A stretch of DNA of 64,000 bases from a virus: the IMG/VR virus record IMGVR_UViG_3300046616_000242, positions 1 to 64,000 of that record. One strand, written 5' to 3'. Below, piece by piece: positions 1-9,172 of this stretch. The notes beneath the pieces were generated by a model, which made no database searches, was not told the origin of the DNA, and worked only from the letters and a program-made list of their open reading frames with translations. A program made the translations under genes and the position numbers. Position 1 is the first letter of the stretch; every line of letters starts with the position of its first letter.

Positions 1-631
1 CCTTGTCGAGGCGCAACTCGGTGCTTTCTTCCGCCACCACCCGCGCCGCGTCGGATCCCTCCCGCAACTGCCGGATCGCCCACTCGGTGCCGTCCAGGTT
101 CTCCCGCATCAGCAGCACACGGAGCGCGGAGTCGAACTGCGACCGCTGCGGGCTGACCTCCTTGACCGGCTCGCGCAGCGCAACCGGCACCGAGCCGAGC
201 ACGTCCTCCAGCACCTTGCGCGTCGGCTGGAGTCCGAGGTTCGAGTTCAGTCGGTTGTTGAGTTCGTAGACCTGCTTATCCGTAAGGGGGCCCCCGCGAT
301 CGGCACCCAGTCGGCGCGGCACCTCCTGATTGATCAGTTCGACCAGCCAGTCCGGGCCCTCGAACTCCCCGTCGTCGTGCGGGCCCGAGTACATCCGCTC
401 GTCCCACCGCTCCCCGACAGTGTTGTCCTTGCGGTAGAGGCGCCCCTTCACGGAGGCGGTGCCCACGACCCAGTTGCCGTTCTCCTGGTTGACGTTGAGC
501 CACACCTGCTCCGGCCAGATCTCCTTCGCGGAGTTGATCCTGACGCGCTCGCCCTCCTCCGGATCCAGGGGCAGCCACATCTTGACCGCGCCCTCAACCT
601 GGAACTCGCCGTCGTCCTTCAGCTTGGCCAT
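1..631 (-). CDS. Hypothetical protein, runs off the left edge (MAKLKDDGEFQVEGAVKMWLPLD...)
   Basis: Open minus-strand frame from ATG 631 to window edge, GGGAGG upstream, GC3-rich codons; missing from the ORF track because it has no stop. Confidence 0.75.
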   Translation of the reverse strand, partial: MAKLKDDGEFQVEGAVKMWLPLDPEEGERVRINSAKEIWPEQVWLNVNQENGNWVVGTASVKGRLYRKDNTVGERWDERMYSGPHDDGEFEGPDWLVELINQEVPRRLGADRGGPLTDKQVYELNNRLNSNLGLQPTRKVLEDVLGSVPVALREPVKEVSPQRSQFDSALRVLLMRENLDGTEWAIRQLREGSDAARVVAEESTELRLDK

Positions 632-683
632 CTTCCAAACCCTCCCCGCCATTTTTAAATGCTCGAAATTCGCCGGCTTGCAC

Positions 684-881
684 CTACAGGTCGCGCAATT
701 CCCCAGGTCTCACCGGGTGGTACGGCGGAGGTGCTACGGACATTCTGCCGGTGATCGACCGCCCCGGTACGCGCTTCGCGCTCCCCCCGCCGTACGCATC
801 TCCGTACAGCTCGCGGAAGGACTTCGCCTTGGCGGCCTGGCGCAGCAACTTGTCCTCGATCGTTCGCCAGTCGACGTTCAC
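684..881 (-). CDS. Hypothetical protein (VNVDWRTIEDK...)
   Basis: GTGA overlap with stop of upstream gene. Confidence 0.6.
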   Translation of the reverse strand: MNVDWRTIEDKLLRQAAKAKSFRELYGDAYGGGSAKRVPGRSITGRMSVAPPPYHPVRPGELRDL

Positions 882-1147
882 TCGGAAGCCTCCAGGACTG
901 GCACCTTGTCGATGTAGTAACCGCTCTTGTTCCACCGGCCGGTGTCCTTGGAGAGGTAGCGGAGCAGCAGGCGTTCGGTCCAGCCGGTGTACTTGTCGCG
1001 CTCCCACTTGAACTCGGAGGCGTGCCACTCCTCCTTCTTCTCAGCACGTCGCTTGAGCAGTTCCAAGTCCGTGCTCACGGCGTCCGGACCGACGCTCAGC
1101 GCCAGGACGTACACCTCGGCGCTCCGCGCCTCCGCCGACTCGCTCAC
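878..1147 (-). CDS. Hypothetical protein
   Basis: 89 aa ORF, translationally coupled overlaps. Confidence 0.7.
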   Translation of the reverse strand: MSESAEARSAEVYVLALSVGPDAVSTDLELLKRRAEKKEEWHASEFKWERDKYTGWTERLLLRYLSKDTGRWNKSGYYIDKVPVLEASE

Positions 1148-1350
1148 TTCTCCGCCCCCCGGAACATCGCTTCCTCACGCTCGTTCATCAGCCGGTACTG
1201 CTCCTGGGCAGGGCTCCTGATGTCGAAGCCGGACCCCGGGCAGTCGACGCCGCCCTCGTACTTGTGCTTACGGATCGCCGACTTCTTCGGACCGACCAGC
1301 AGGACGTTCTCCTGACAGAACCGGTACGGGCACCGCCAGCGCTCTTTCAT
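1144..1350 (-). CDS. Small Cys/His (zinc-finger-like) protein
   Basis: CPYRFC...RKH...CPGSG pattern; ATGA overlap. Confidence 0.6.
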   Translation of the reverse strand: MKERWRCPYRFCQENVLLVGPKKSAIRKHKYEGGVDCPGSGFDIRSPAQEQYRLMNEREEAMFRGAEK

Positions 1351-1583
1351 CCCAGGACCCGCCACTTACGGACCTCCTTCTTGATCTTCTGGACAGCCGG
1401 GGAGTTCGCGTCCCGCGTCATGACGATGCTTCGATCACCGTCCACGGTCCGGCGCTCCAGCCGCTCCCAGACCTCCTCCCAGTCGACGATTCCCGTGGGG
1501 AAGTAGCCCGTAATGATGTCCTGGACGTATTCCAGAACTAGGGGGGTGACATCCGCAGCCGTCCGTACCTCGAAGTCCGCCAT
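1347..1583 (-). CDS. Hypothetical protein
   Basis: 78 aa ORF, TAATG overlap. Confidence 0.7.
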   Translation of the reverse strand: MADFEVRTAADVTPLVLEYVQDIITGYFPTGIVDWEEVWERLERRTVDGDRSIVMTRDANSPAVQKIKKEVRKWRVLG

Positions 1584-1750
1584 TACTTCGCCCCCTCCAG
1601 CTTGCTCGTCATGACCGGCGTCCAGCTCTGCACGTACTTCACCTTCGGCGCCTTCTCGATCGCCTTGCGGTTGGCCTCCTGGGCGGACTCGGCCTCCACC
1701 TCGATGCGCATCGCCGCGTGCCCATGCAGCCCTACCGTGTACCGCGCCAT
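1583..1750 (-). CDS. Hypothetical protein
   Basis: ATG 1750 with GGAGG upstream, downstream of promoter. Confidence 0.65.
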   Translation of the reverse strand: MARYTVGLHGHAAMRIEVEAESAQEANRKAIEKAPKVKYVQSWTPVMTSKLEGAK

Positions 1751-1784
1751 TGCCCCTACCTCCGTCGTCCTCAATTACGGGATA

Positions 1785-1813
1785 AGGCTATCGGTACCCC
1801 TCCCCCTTGTCAA
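1785..1813 (-). promoter_or_regulatory. Housekeeping-sigma (HrdB/sigma70-type) promoter
   Basis: TTGACA-N17-TAGCCT on minus strand. Confidence 0.7.
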
Positions 1814-1904
1814 GCAGTTTCATGTACCCGCTTGCGCCCTCCCCGGTTGAACGCAAAGAGCCCCCAGGGACCAGTTGCATCCCCAGGGGCCTCGCGTACG
1901 GCAG

Positions 1905-2405
1905 TTACGGTGTGGTGTCCTTCTTGAGTGTCTGCGGCAGGCTCTGCAAGCACGCCGTCATGAACGTGCCCCGGTCGATCGCGACCGTCGTGTACTGACC
2001 GCTGAGACTCGTGTACTGGTCGGAGCACGTCGTGTCGTTCGGCGTGAACACCACATTGCCCGCGCTGTCGTACTCAGCGCCCGCCTGGATCGCAGCCGAC
2101 GCGTACACCCCCATGAGCGTCGACTTCCCGAACGTCGGCACCTTCTTGGTCACCGTCTTCGTGACCACCTTCGGCGGCTGGTTCTTCAGCGCCTTCACCT
2201 CGGCCTGCGCCTTGTGCTCCGCCTTGCGCGCGGCGTTGGCCTGATTCTGCCCGTACACCCCTACTCCCACCGCAGCAGCGATGGCCAGTACCGCGACCCC
2301 GCTCGCACCCACGGCGAGCCACTTCGCCTTGCCGCCCTGCTTCTCCTCGACCTGCGGCTCCCCTATCACGAGGTCCCCGTCCACCAGCTCGTTCGTCTCG
2401 CTCAC
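1905..2405 (-). CDS. Membrane-anchored/secreted protein
   Basis: One hydrophobic segment (WLAVGASGVAVLAIAAAVGVGV) then extracellular part with Cys pair. Confidence 0.7.
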   Translation of the reverse strand: MSETNELVDGDLVIGEPQVEEKQGGKAKWLAVGASGVAVLAIAAAVGVGVYGQNQANAARKAEHKAQAEVKALKNQPPKVVTKTVTKKVPTFGKSTLMGVYASAAIQAGAEYDSAGNVVFTPNDTTCSDQYTSLSGQYTTVAIDRGTFMTACLQSLPQTLKKDTTP

Positions 2406-2466
2406 TTGCTCAACCCTCCCTGTACGACGGCTTGCTGGTGCCCCCCTGGCTCCGCCGTCGTGGCTG

Positions 2467-2495
2467 ATTTTGCATGGTCAACTACCCCTCGTCAA
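2467..2495 (-). promoter_or_regulatory. Probable sigma70-type promoter
   Basis: TTGACG-N17-CAAAAT. Confidence 0.5.
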
Positions 2496-2520
2496 GCGCG
2501 TTGACCTTCCCGCTTGATAT

Positions 2521-2560
2521 CCCAATTCCCCGAATCTCCGCTCCCCCAATTCCCCGAATC
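2521..2560. repeat. 16-bp direct repeat CCCAATTCCCCGAATC x2 in a lower-GC non-coding gap
   Basis: Copies at 2521-2536 and 2545-2560. Confidence 0.85.
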
Positions 2561-3170
2561 CCCCGGCCACTGTGACACTGTCCGATCCCACCAATCGTTG
2601 CGCTGCGCGGCTGTCTAGGCCCTTTGCTTCCGCAAATTTGCACTTAAGGGTAGGGGGTCGAATATTTATTCATTGGCCTTACACTATTGACATCCGCTCC
2701 GTCAACCCCTTGAGCTGGGCAATATCAAGCCTCGCGCTTCCTCTCGGTATCTGCACCCTTGCTTTTGGTGTGAGCTGCGCCACCCCCAGCCCCCATACAC
2801 ACCTCCTAGGGCCTGTCAACCCCTGGGCACGACGCATATTATGCATGGCAATTCGGCGTTATTCACGAGGCCACTACCCCAATTCGCTGATTTACGTTGC
2901 TGCAAATATGCCCCGACATATGGAGGGGTGGCGTTCGCTGTAGCAACTCGACAACCAGGGGGGCCAGGGAGTTACGGCGTATTGGCTGTGAGCCTGGCGA
3001 CCGCATGGCCGTGCGTGTCGTAGTGCTGTGTCCCTGGGTGTGGTCAGCAGTGGGGAGCCTTCCCCCGGCCCCGAATTGGGCGACCAGGACCACGGGCGGC
3101 CGTGCGGTCATGCGGGGCGCTGCGTGGACGTGTGGGGGCGCTGTAGGGCGTCCATGGGGGTAAACACGAG

Positions 3171-3209
3171 AAAGCCCCCCACCGGCCCGGGATTGGGCGG
3201 TGAGGGGCT
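3171..3209 (-). terminator. Hairpin terminator (related to 6112-6150 and 7952-7991)
   Basis: AGCCCCCCACCG...CGGTGAGGGGCT inverted repeat just downstream of a stop codon. Confidence 0.6.
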
Positions 3210-3227
3210 GTCGTGGCCCTGCTGTGG

Positions 3228-3842
3228 CTAGGCGGTGCGGGCGGCGCCCACGAACGCGCGTACGGCGTCCCGGTCGGCCAGGTCGGGCAGGTCGACGCCG
3301 TAGACCAGGGCGTAACGCTTGACCTCCCACACCATGCCTACCGTGACGTACGGGTAGGCGGTGCCGGTGTGATCCCACTCGGCCAGCAGCCCGTCACGCG
3401 CGTTGTCGCGGTCCAGGTCCTCACCCGTGGGCGTCTCCTCGTCGGGGGCGAACTCAACAGACACGGGGGCGTCTCCCTTCGGCGCGGTGTTCTGGCCGGA
3501 CTGTACGCGGGCGGCGGTGCCGTCCTCACGGCCCAGGGTCAGGGAGTTGGACAGCTCCGGCCGGTACGCCAGTTCGCGGAGCAGGTCGGCCAGGAACTGG
3601 ACGCGGTCGAATGCGGCCCCGTCGGTGTAGGCGTCCACGGCGCCGAGCATGTACGCGATGGCCTGGCGTCCCTCGTTGCGCGCGGAATCCCACGTGAGCT
3701 GACGCGCGAGCGGGGATGCGGCGACGGTCACGCGGTACCCCTTGCCGTCGCGGCCGGTGCCGACCTGAACGGACACGCGCTCATGGGTGAGGGCGCCGAG
3801 GTGGGCGGCGACCATGGCGGCGGTGGTGTGGGTGATGCGCAT
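3228..3842 (-). CDS. Hypothetical protein
   Basis: 204 aa ORF, CAGGAGG RBS within conserved leader. Confidence 0.8.
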   Translation of the reverse strand: MRITHTTAAMVAAHLGALTHERVSVQVGTGRDGKGYRVTVAASPLARQLTWDSARNEGRQAIAYMLGAVDAYTDGAAFDRVQFLADLLRELAYRPELSNSLTLGREDGTAARVQSGQNTAPKGDAPVSVEFAPDEETPTGEDLDRDNARDGLLAEWDHTGTAYPYVTVGMVWEVKRYALVYGVDLPDLADRDAVRAFVGAARTA

Positions 3843-3895
3843 GGGGTTACCTCCTGATGTGGGGCGGGTGTTGGGGGGTGCGGTGGGGCGGTTGC

Positions 3896-4069
3896 TCAGA
3901 CGGTCGGCGGGATGATCAGCTTCGCGTCAGCGACGGGGATCATGCACTCGGGATAGAACGGCTTGTCGTCGCGGGTGACGTCGAGCAGGCGCAGGAACGG
4001 GCCCTCCACTTTGATCTCAGCCGCATGCAGCCAGCCCCAGTGACCGGAATTGATCTTGTAGACGTTCAT
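3896..4069 (-). CDS. Hypothetical protein (MNVYKINSGHWGW..., 57 aa)
   Basis: ATG with GGGAGG RBS; below ORF-track cutoff. Confidence 0.6.
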   Translation of the reverse strand: MNVYKINSGHWGWLHAAEIKVEGPFLRLLDVTRDDKPFYPECMIPVADAKLIIPPTV

Positions 4070-4141
4070 GGTGTGCCCTCCCTGGGCGGTGGTGGGAGGG
4101 GGCCGGAGCGTTTCCCCGGCCCCCGTGGTGTGGGGCGGGTG

Positions 4142-4885
4142 CTACTCGGCGAGGCCCTGCGCGGCGTGCATCTTCTGCGCCTGCTTGAACGTGGCGCGGT
4201 ACTCCGCGAGGGAGGACGGGCGGACGGCTTCGAACTGCCGCGCCCAGTGCGGCATAACGGCGACCTTCTGCGTCTGGAAGACGCCACCGGCCGCGATCAT
4301 CGCGTGATTCTGCGCGCGGGTCTCCGTGGCCAGCGCCTTACGGGCGAGCGGGGAGAACATCAGGGAGTGCTTACGGAAGGCCGCTTCCTCCCCGTGGCGG
4401 TCGACGCCGCGCCCGGTGCCGCAGTGGCCGAACACGTCGTGTACGGCGCGGAACTGGTCGTTCGTGTCGTCGTCGAAGAAGAAGTGACCACCCGTGGCGG
4501 CCGTCGACAGGATGCGCATCCGGCCGTTGCGGACGTCCTCGAAGAACGCGCGGGTGCCCTGCTTGTCCATGTCGTACGGGTCGGCGTCCTCGACGCTCAC
4601 GGCGATGCCCAGGCCACCGCGCGACGCGGGGGCGGTCATGAACTCGTACTGACGCTTGACCCCCTCGGCCATGGCGCGCCACGCAGCCGGGGCGGCGTTG
4701 TCGATGAACGGGAGAGCGGCGTACGCGTCGGCGATCTTCTCGACGGCCGACGGGGCGACGATCACGCGGGAGTAGTCCCAGTGGTCGCGGGTGGACAGTC
4801 CGGCCTTGGCGCAGAAGTTGCGCGAGCCCTCGACGATGGCGCGGATGGGCGAGACGGTCAGGGCGGGGATGTTGGCGGTGCGCAT
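4142..4885 (-). CDS. Conserved phage protein with NDxFRAVHDxFGH...GEE motif (possible zincin-like metalloprotein)
   Basis: FRAVHDVFGH, HGEEAAF..H, ATETRAQN motifs; leader/RBS at 4891. Confidence 0.6.
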   Translation of the reverse strand: MRTANIPALTVSPIRAIVEGSRNFCAKAGLSTRDHWDYSRVIVAPSAVEKIADAYAALPFIDNAAPAAWRAMAEGVKRQYEFMTAPASRGGLGIAVSVEDADPYDMDKQGTRAFFEDVRNGRMRILSTAATGGHFFFDDDTNDQFRAVHDVFGHCGTGRGVDRHGEEAAFRKHSLMFSPLARKALATETRAQNHAMIAAGGVFQTQKVAVMPHWARQFEAVRPSSLAEYRATFKQAQKMHAAQGLAE

Positions 4886-5001
4886 TGCGGCCTCCTGTTG
4901 CGGGGCGGTTGGTGTGTGTTGTTGTGTTGCCAACGTACCCCGATTACGGCTTGTAAAGCCAGTTTCGGGGATCGCTGGACAAGTCTTTATAGAGATGTGA
5001 C

Positions 5002-5955
5002 CTAGGCGGTGGGGTCGGTGGGGGCGTCCAGTTCGGCCAGGTCGACGGCCAGCCGCTCCGCGTCCGTGAGCGGGCCCAGCAGGGACAGCAGCTCATCCGT
5101 GGTCACGATGGGCAGGGGAAGGCCGGAGACGGGCGCGGGGGCGTCCTCCTGCGGCTCCTGGGGGGCCTCCTCGGCGAAGCGGCCGACGGCGTGCACGACG
5201 GTGCGCACGTCGGTCCAGTTGCGGCCGACCGTGTCGAAGTGCTCCGGGGTGCGGTCCGTACGGATCACCTCACCGGCGCCGACCGTGTCGACGATGCCCC
5301 GGCAGTACGCTTCGGCGCTCTTGCCGGTGGCGGCGAACTCCGCGTCGGAGTACGGGCCCACGACGTACCCGGCGTGGTTGCGGTAGCTCCACAGCGTGCG
5401 GTACTCAGCGGCCCACACGTACCCGGTGGCGTACTGGCGAACCCAGGTGCTCACGTCGCCGTCACCCGTGATGCCCGTGGGCATGTCGCCGTCGTAAATG
5501 GTCTCGGTACCGAGGAAGACGTAAAGGTCCTGCCCGTCATTCTCGACGATGGCGGAGACCCGGCGGCCGTCCAACCACAGCGGCACAGCGTCACGCCAGC
5601 CACGCGCGCCAGCCTCGGCCGGGTAGTACGTGCCGTCGCTCGGCCGCGCCTGCTCCTCGGCCGCCATGGTGTCTTCCTCGGCCGCAGCGGCAACGATGTT
5701 GGCGACCGTGTCCAGGCGGGGCAGGTACGCGGGCAGATCAGTGATGGCGCGGACGGTCTCCCCGGCGCGGGTGAGTACGTACTGCCCGTTCAGCTCCTCG
5801 GCCAGGCCCAGGCGGACCAGGGCGGCACAGGTGTTGGTGCGGGCGCTGACCACGTAGCGGGAGCGCAGCGCGTCGTTAGGCGTCAGCAGCTCTTCCGGCA
5901 GCCAGTCGGCGTTGCGGAGGGCGATTCCCTGGGGGCGGGTGATCGTGCGGCTCAT
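5002..5955 (-). CDS. Hypothetical protein
   Basis: 317 aa ORF, AAGGAG RBS, TTGACA at 6017-6022. Confidence 0.8.
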   Translation of the reverse strand: MSRTITRPQGIALRNADWLPEELLTPNDALRSRYVVSARTNTCAALVRLGLAEELNGQYVLTRAGETVRAITDLPAYLPRLDTVANIVAAAAEEDTMAAEEQARPSDGTYYPAEAGARGWRDAVPLWLDGRRVSAIVENDGQDLYVFLGTETIYDGDMPTGITGDGDVSTWVRQYATGYVWAAEYRTLWSYRNHAGYVVGPYSDAEFAATGKSAEAYCRGIVDTVGAGEVIRTDRTPEHFDTVGRNWTDVRTVVHAVGRFAEEAPQEPQEDAPAPVSGLPLPIVTTDELLSLLGPLTDAERLAVDLAELDAPTDPTA

Positions 5956-6111
5956 GTCGTCTGCTCCTTCGTGCGGGTGTGTTGGGAGCGCTGACTTTTC
6001 CGTAGGGGGAACCCCTTGTCAAGCCCTTTGAGCACATGGATTTACAAGGCGTTATGAAGCTGTGATCAGCGGCCGGGCGGGGGCGTGTTCTCCTGGGGGC
6101 CGGACACAACA

Positions 6112-6150
6112 GGGCCCCCACCGGCCAGCGGGACGCGGTGGGGGCCTTTT
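6112..6150. terminator. Hairpin terminator
   Basis: GGCCCCCACCG...CGGTGGGGGCC followed by TTTT on +. Confidence 0.7.
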
Positions 6151-6162
6151 GCATGCCCGGGG

Positions 6163-7842
6163 TCAGACGGTGGCGGCCTCGGCGGCCTGGCCGATGGCCA
6201 GCAGCAGCCCGCCCCAGTTGGCGGCGTCGATGCCGACCCCGTCGACCCACTCGGCGCCCTCGGCGTATGCCTGGGCCATCAGGTCGAAGGCATCCGCCAT
6301 GGACATCAGCTCGACGTCCTCACCGAGCCGGACCCACATCTGACGGGAATCCATCCGGGCTCGGAAGTTGGATTCCTCCTCGGCGTTGTCGGCGATCGAG
6401 CGGACGAACCCGTCCGCGCCGCCCGCGTAGTACGCCAGGCGATTCTGGTCGTCGTTCGCGGTGGTGTCCGCGACAGAATCCGATGTGGTTTCCTGCGGGG
6501 TCTCCTCGGCGATTTCCGGGGCGATCTCCTCGACTACGGGCGCGGGGGCCGGGGCCTCCTCGACGGGGGCCGGAGCGGGCGCAGCAGCGGCCTTCTTGCG
6601 CGGGGTGCGCTTCTTGGCGGGGGCGTCGATCTCATACGGCTTGGGCTCGGTGACGTTGTCCTCGACCAGGGTGCAGCGGGTAAGGACGGTGGCCTTGTTG
6701 CCCTTGTAGTCGTCGTGCTCCTTGACGGTGCCCCGGAGGGTGACGCGCACGCCCGTGTCCTCGCCGAGCGCGTTGGTGGACGCGAACCACTTCACGACGA
6801 CGCCGGAGTCCTCGGCGCGCACCTGGTAGAGGGTGGTCGAGCTATAGAAGCCGTCGATGTAGCGGATGGACTCCACGATGCCGGTGAAGGTGATACGCGA
6901 GCCCTTGACCCCGGCGGCCTTGTCGGGCGCGGTGCCGATCCACTCCGACGGCTTGCCCTCGCGCTGCTTGCGGATGAGGGTCTGCTCGTTGAAGCGGGCC
7001 CAGGCCTGCGGGGCGGAGACGAGGATGCCGAAGTTGCGCGAGGAGACCATCTTGGCGCCCGCGATGGCCTTCAGGTTGGTGACGTACTCCGAGGTGCCGG
7101 AGAAGTCATCGGAGAGGATGAACGCGCGGATCTCGGCGGCCTTGCCCTTGGCCTCCCCGGCCAGCGGCGCCATCTTCTCGGCGAACTTCTTGTCACGCCG
7201 GGAGCGGGAGGGGCTGATCGCGTTGCGCACGAGGTGCACGGTGGGGGTGGCGTGGTAGTCCTGGCTGCGGACGAAGCCGAACGCCTTGACGCAGGCCCAG
7301 GCGTAGGCCAGGACGGTCTCGGTGGACACGTCGCGGTCCCCGCCGCCCATGCCGTAGAACTCCTTCTCCTCGTCGTCGTCGGCGGGGCTGGTGGGCCAGG
7401 CGACGGTGGTGTCCCAGCCGAGGAAGTCCTTGATGCAGGAGCGCCCGATCTGCTTCTCCTCGCCGGTCTCCTCGTGCTTGACGAGGAAGGTCTCGCGGCG
7501 CATGCGGTCCTTGTTGCAGTGGTCGCATGCACCCTCGCGCAGGCCCTCGCGGTCGACGGAGTGGACTCCGGGAGCGGTGCGCACGATCAGGCCCGCGTTC
7601 GGGTCCCAGTCCAGGGTCGCGAGGAACACCCAGCCGTCGTGCTTGGGCGCCTCGCCCGTGAAGAAGACGTCGTACAGGATCTCGACGACCTCGAAGCCCA
7701 GGTCGTCCTTGGTCTTCACCTCGACCTCGGTCACGTCCAGGTCCAGGCGGCCGGACAGGCCCTTTTTGGCCGCGCGCTCGTTGATCTTCTCGATCTTCGC
7801 GAGGGTGGTGGCGAGCTGGTAGCTGTCGATTCGCGCGGACAT
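6163..7842 (-). CDS. Phage protein with Cys (CDHC...C) motif and probable OB-fold; putative nucleic-acid binding
   Basis: CDHCNKDRMR...QIGRSCIKDFLG; beta-rich segment ending ATVLTRC; Pro/Ala/Glu linker. Confidence 0.6.
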   Translation of the reverse strand: MSARIDSYQLATTLAKIEKINERAAKKGLSGRLDLDVTEVEVKTKDDLGFEVVEILYDVFFTGEAPKHDGWVFLATLDWDPNAGLIVRTAPGVHSVDREGLREGACDHCNKDRMRRETFLVKHEETGEEKQIGRSCIKDFLGWDTTVAWPTSPADDDEEKEFYGMGGGDRDVSTETVLAYAWACVKAFGFVRSQDYHATPTVHLVRNAISPSRSRRDKKFAEKMAPLAGEAKGKAAEIRAFILSDDFSGTSEYVTNLKAIAGAKMVSSRNFGILVSAPQAWARFNEQTLIRKQREGKPSEWIGTAPDKAAGVKGSRITFTGIVESIRYIDGFYSSTTLYQVRAEDSGVVVKWFASTNALGEDTGVRVTLRGTVKEHDDYKGNKATVLTRCTLVEDNVTEPKPYEIDAPAKKRTPRKKAAAAPAPAPVEEAPAPAPVVEEIAPEIAEETPQETTSDSVADTTANDDQNRLAYYAGGADGFVRSIADNAEEESNFRARMDSRQMWVRLGEDVELMSMADAFDLMAQAYAEGAEWVDGVGIDAANWGGLLLAIGQAAEAATV

Positions 7843-7881
7843 GCGGGCCTCCTGATGCGGGGCGGGTTGTTGACGTGCATG

Positions 7882-7910
7882 ACATTACGGCTTCCGGAAG
7901 CCGTTGTCTA
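7882..7910 (-). promoter_or_regulatory. Promoter overlapped by an inverted pair of ATTACGGCTT boxes
   Basis: TAGACA-N17-TAATGT; ATTACGGCTT-ccgg-AAGCCGTT. Confidence 0.7.
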
Positions 7911-7951
7911 CCCGTTTGCCTCAGCGGCTTGCGCGTGTTCTCATGGACGCC

Positions 7952-7991
7952 GAAGGCCCCCACCGGCCAGCTCGATTCGGTGGGGGCCTTC
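7952..7991. terminator. Hairpin terminator
   Basis: GAAGGCCCCCACCG...CGGTGGGGGCCTTC. Confidence 0.7.
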
Positions 7992-8004
7992 GTCATGTCC
8001 GGGA

Positions 8005-8466
8005 CTACTCGGCCGGGCGGAGCGCTCCGATGATGTTGCGCCGCAGCAGCCGGTACAGGTGGGCCCAGCCGGTCTTCTTGTCCGGCGGGGCAGCCATCCC
8101 ATGGTCCTGCTCCCAGTAGTGCTGGACCCTGCGCAGCAGCGCCGACCACTGGTTGGTGTCGATCAGTAGGGCGCAGTTTCCGCAGGCCATCCAGTCGCCC
8201 TCGTAGCCCTGCATCTTGCCGCTGACCGGGTGCCGTCCCGCCACGAAATCCGCCACCGGCAGGACGAACTTTTCCGCCCCGAGATCCAGGTTGCAGAAGT
8301 CGCAGCGCCCGTGGACTTTTCCGTCCTCGGGTTCCACGGGAATTGGCTTGTGCCCGGAGAGGGAATCCTGTTCGTGATGCCGCCAGGATTCCTCCCCCGT
8401 ACCCGCTTCGATGTGGCGCTCAAGGGGACGCTTGCAGGTCTTGCAGACCAAGGGGGGCGTGCTCAC
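8005..8466 (-). CDS. Cys-rich (three CxxC) hypothetical protein
   Basis: CKTC, CDFC, CGNC; GTG start overlapping upstream stop. Confidence 0.7.
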   Translation of the reverse strand: MSTPPLVCKTCKRPLERHIEAGTGEESWRHHEQDSLSGHKPIPVEPEDGKVHGRCDFCNLDLGAEKFVLPVADFVAGRHPVSGKMQGYEGDWMACGNCALLIDTNQWSALLRRVQHYWEQDHGMAAPPDKKTGWAHLYRLLRRNIIGALRPAE

Positions 8467-8870
8467 CGGGTGATCTCCTGACCGGGCTTGAGGATGCGGT
8501 ACTCGGTGCCGTCCTCGGCCGACAGAACGTCGCCGTTCTCCATGTCGGCGATGTGCGCGGCCAGCTCGCCGTAGCGGAGGTGACGGCGCTGCATGTCGTC
8601 GGTGAGGGCTCCCCATGCCGCGTCGTGGCCGCTCTTGTCGGAGGTACCGACCGTGCGCCATCCGGCGCCCTCGTGGCTGTCCTTGATCTGCGCCCAGAAG
8701 GACGTGGCCTTGTCGGTGCTGTTGTCCAGGTACCAGGTCTTGAGGTCGGCGAAGAAGCCAACCGTGGCGTCTGAGCTGTCCAGGGTGGGGAACTTCTGCG
8801 CGTTCCCGTCGACCAGCAGGGCGACGACCTGTGCGCGGGTGAGGGTGACGTTGAACGTCGGCTCGCTCAT
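8463..8870 (-). CDS. Hypothetical protein
   Basis: 135 aa ORF, AAGGAG RBS, TTGACA-N18-TAGCTT at 8912-8941. Confidence 0.75.
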   Translation of the reverse strand: MSEPTFNVTLTRAQVVALLVDGNAQKFPTLDSSDATVGFFADLKTWYLDNSTDKATSFWAQIKDSHEGAGWRTVGTSDKSGHDAAWGALTDDMQRRHLRYGELAAHIADMENGDVLSAEDGTEYRILKPGQEITR

Positions 8871-8955
8871 CCTTCGCTCCTTATTCGGGCGGGGTGGTTG
8901 GTGACAGGACGAAGCTAGTCGTCATCGTTACGCGTTGTCAAGTAGTCTCAGGAAC

Positions 8956-9168
8956 TTACTTGACTGCGGTGTGCCTGCGCTGGACGATGCGCCCCTTGGG
9001 CTGCTGCTCGAACGTCCAGTTGGGCGGGAAGACGGGGACGACCGAGACGTTGGTCATGTCGGCCCGCAGCTCCTCGGCCCGGCGGTCGGCGCTGGTCTTG
9101 TCGTAGCTCACGACAGATACGTGCGCGTGTCCGTTGGTGTCGGTCCACAGGACCTTGAAGTTCTCCAC
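8956..9168 (-). CDS. Hypothetical protein
   Basis: GTG start, coding-like composition. Confidence 0.55.
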   Translation of the reverse strand: MENFKVLWTDTNGHAHVSVVSYDKTSADRRAEELRADMTNVSVVPVFPPNWTFEQQPKGRIVQRRHTAVK

Positions 9169-9172
9169 AGCG

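Noticed and set aside
1-660. Host-prophage junction at the left edge
   Set aside because: A phage-like minus-strand ORF continues off the edge; no integrase, tRNA or att repeat seen
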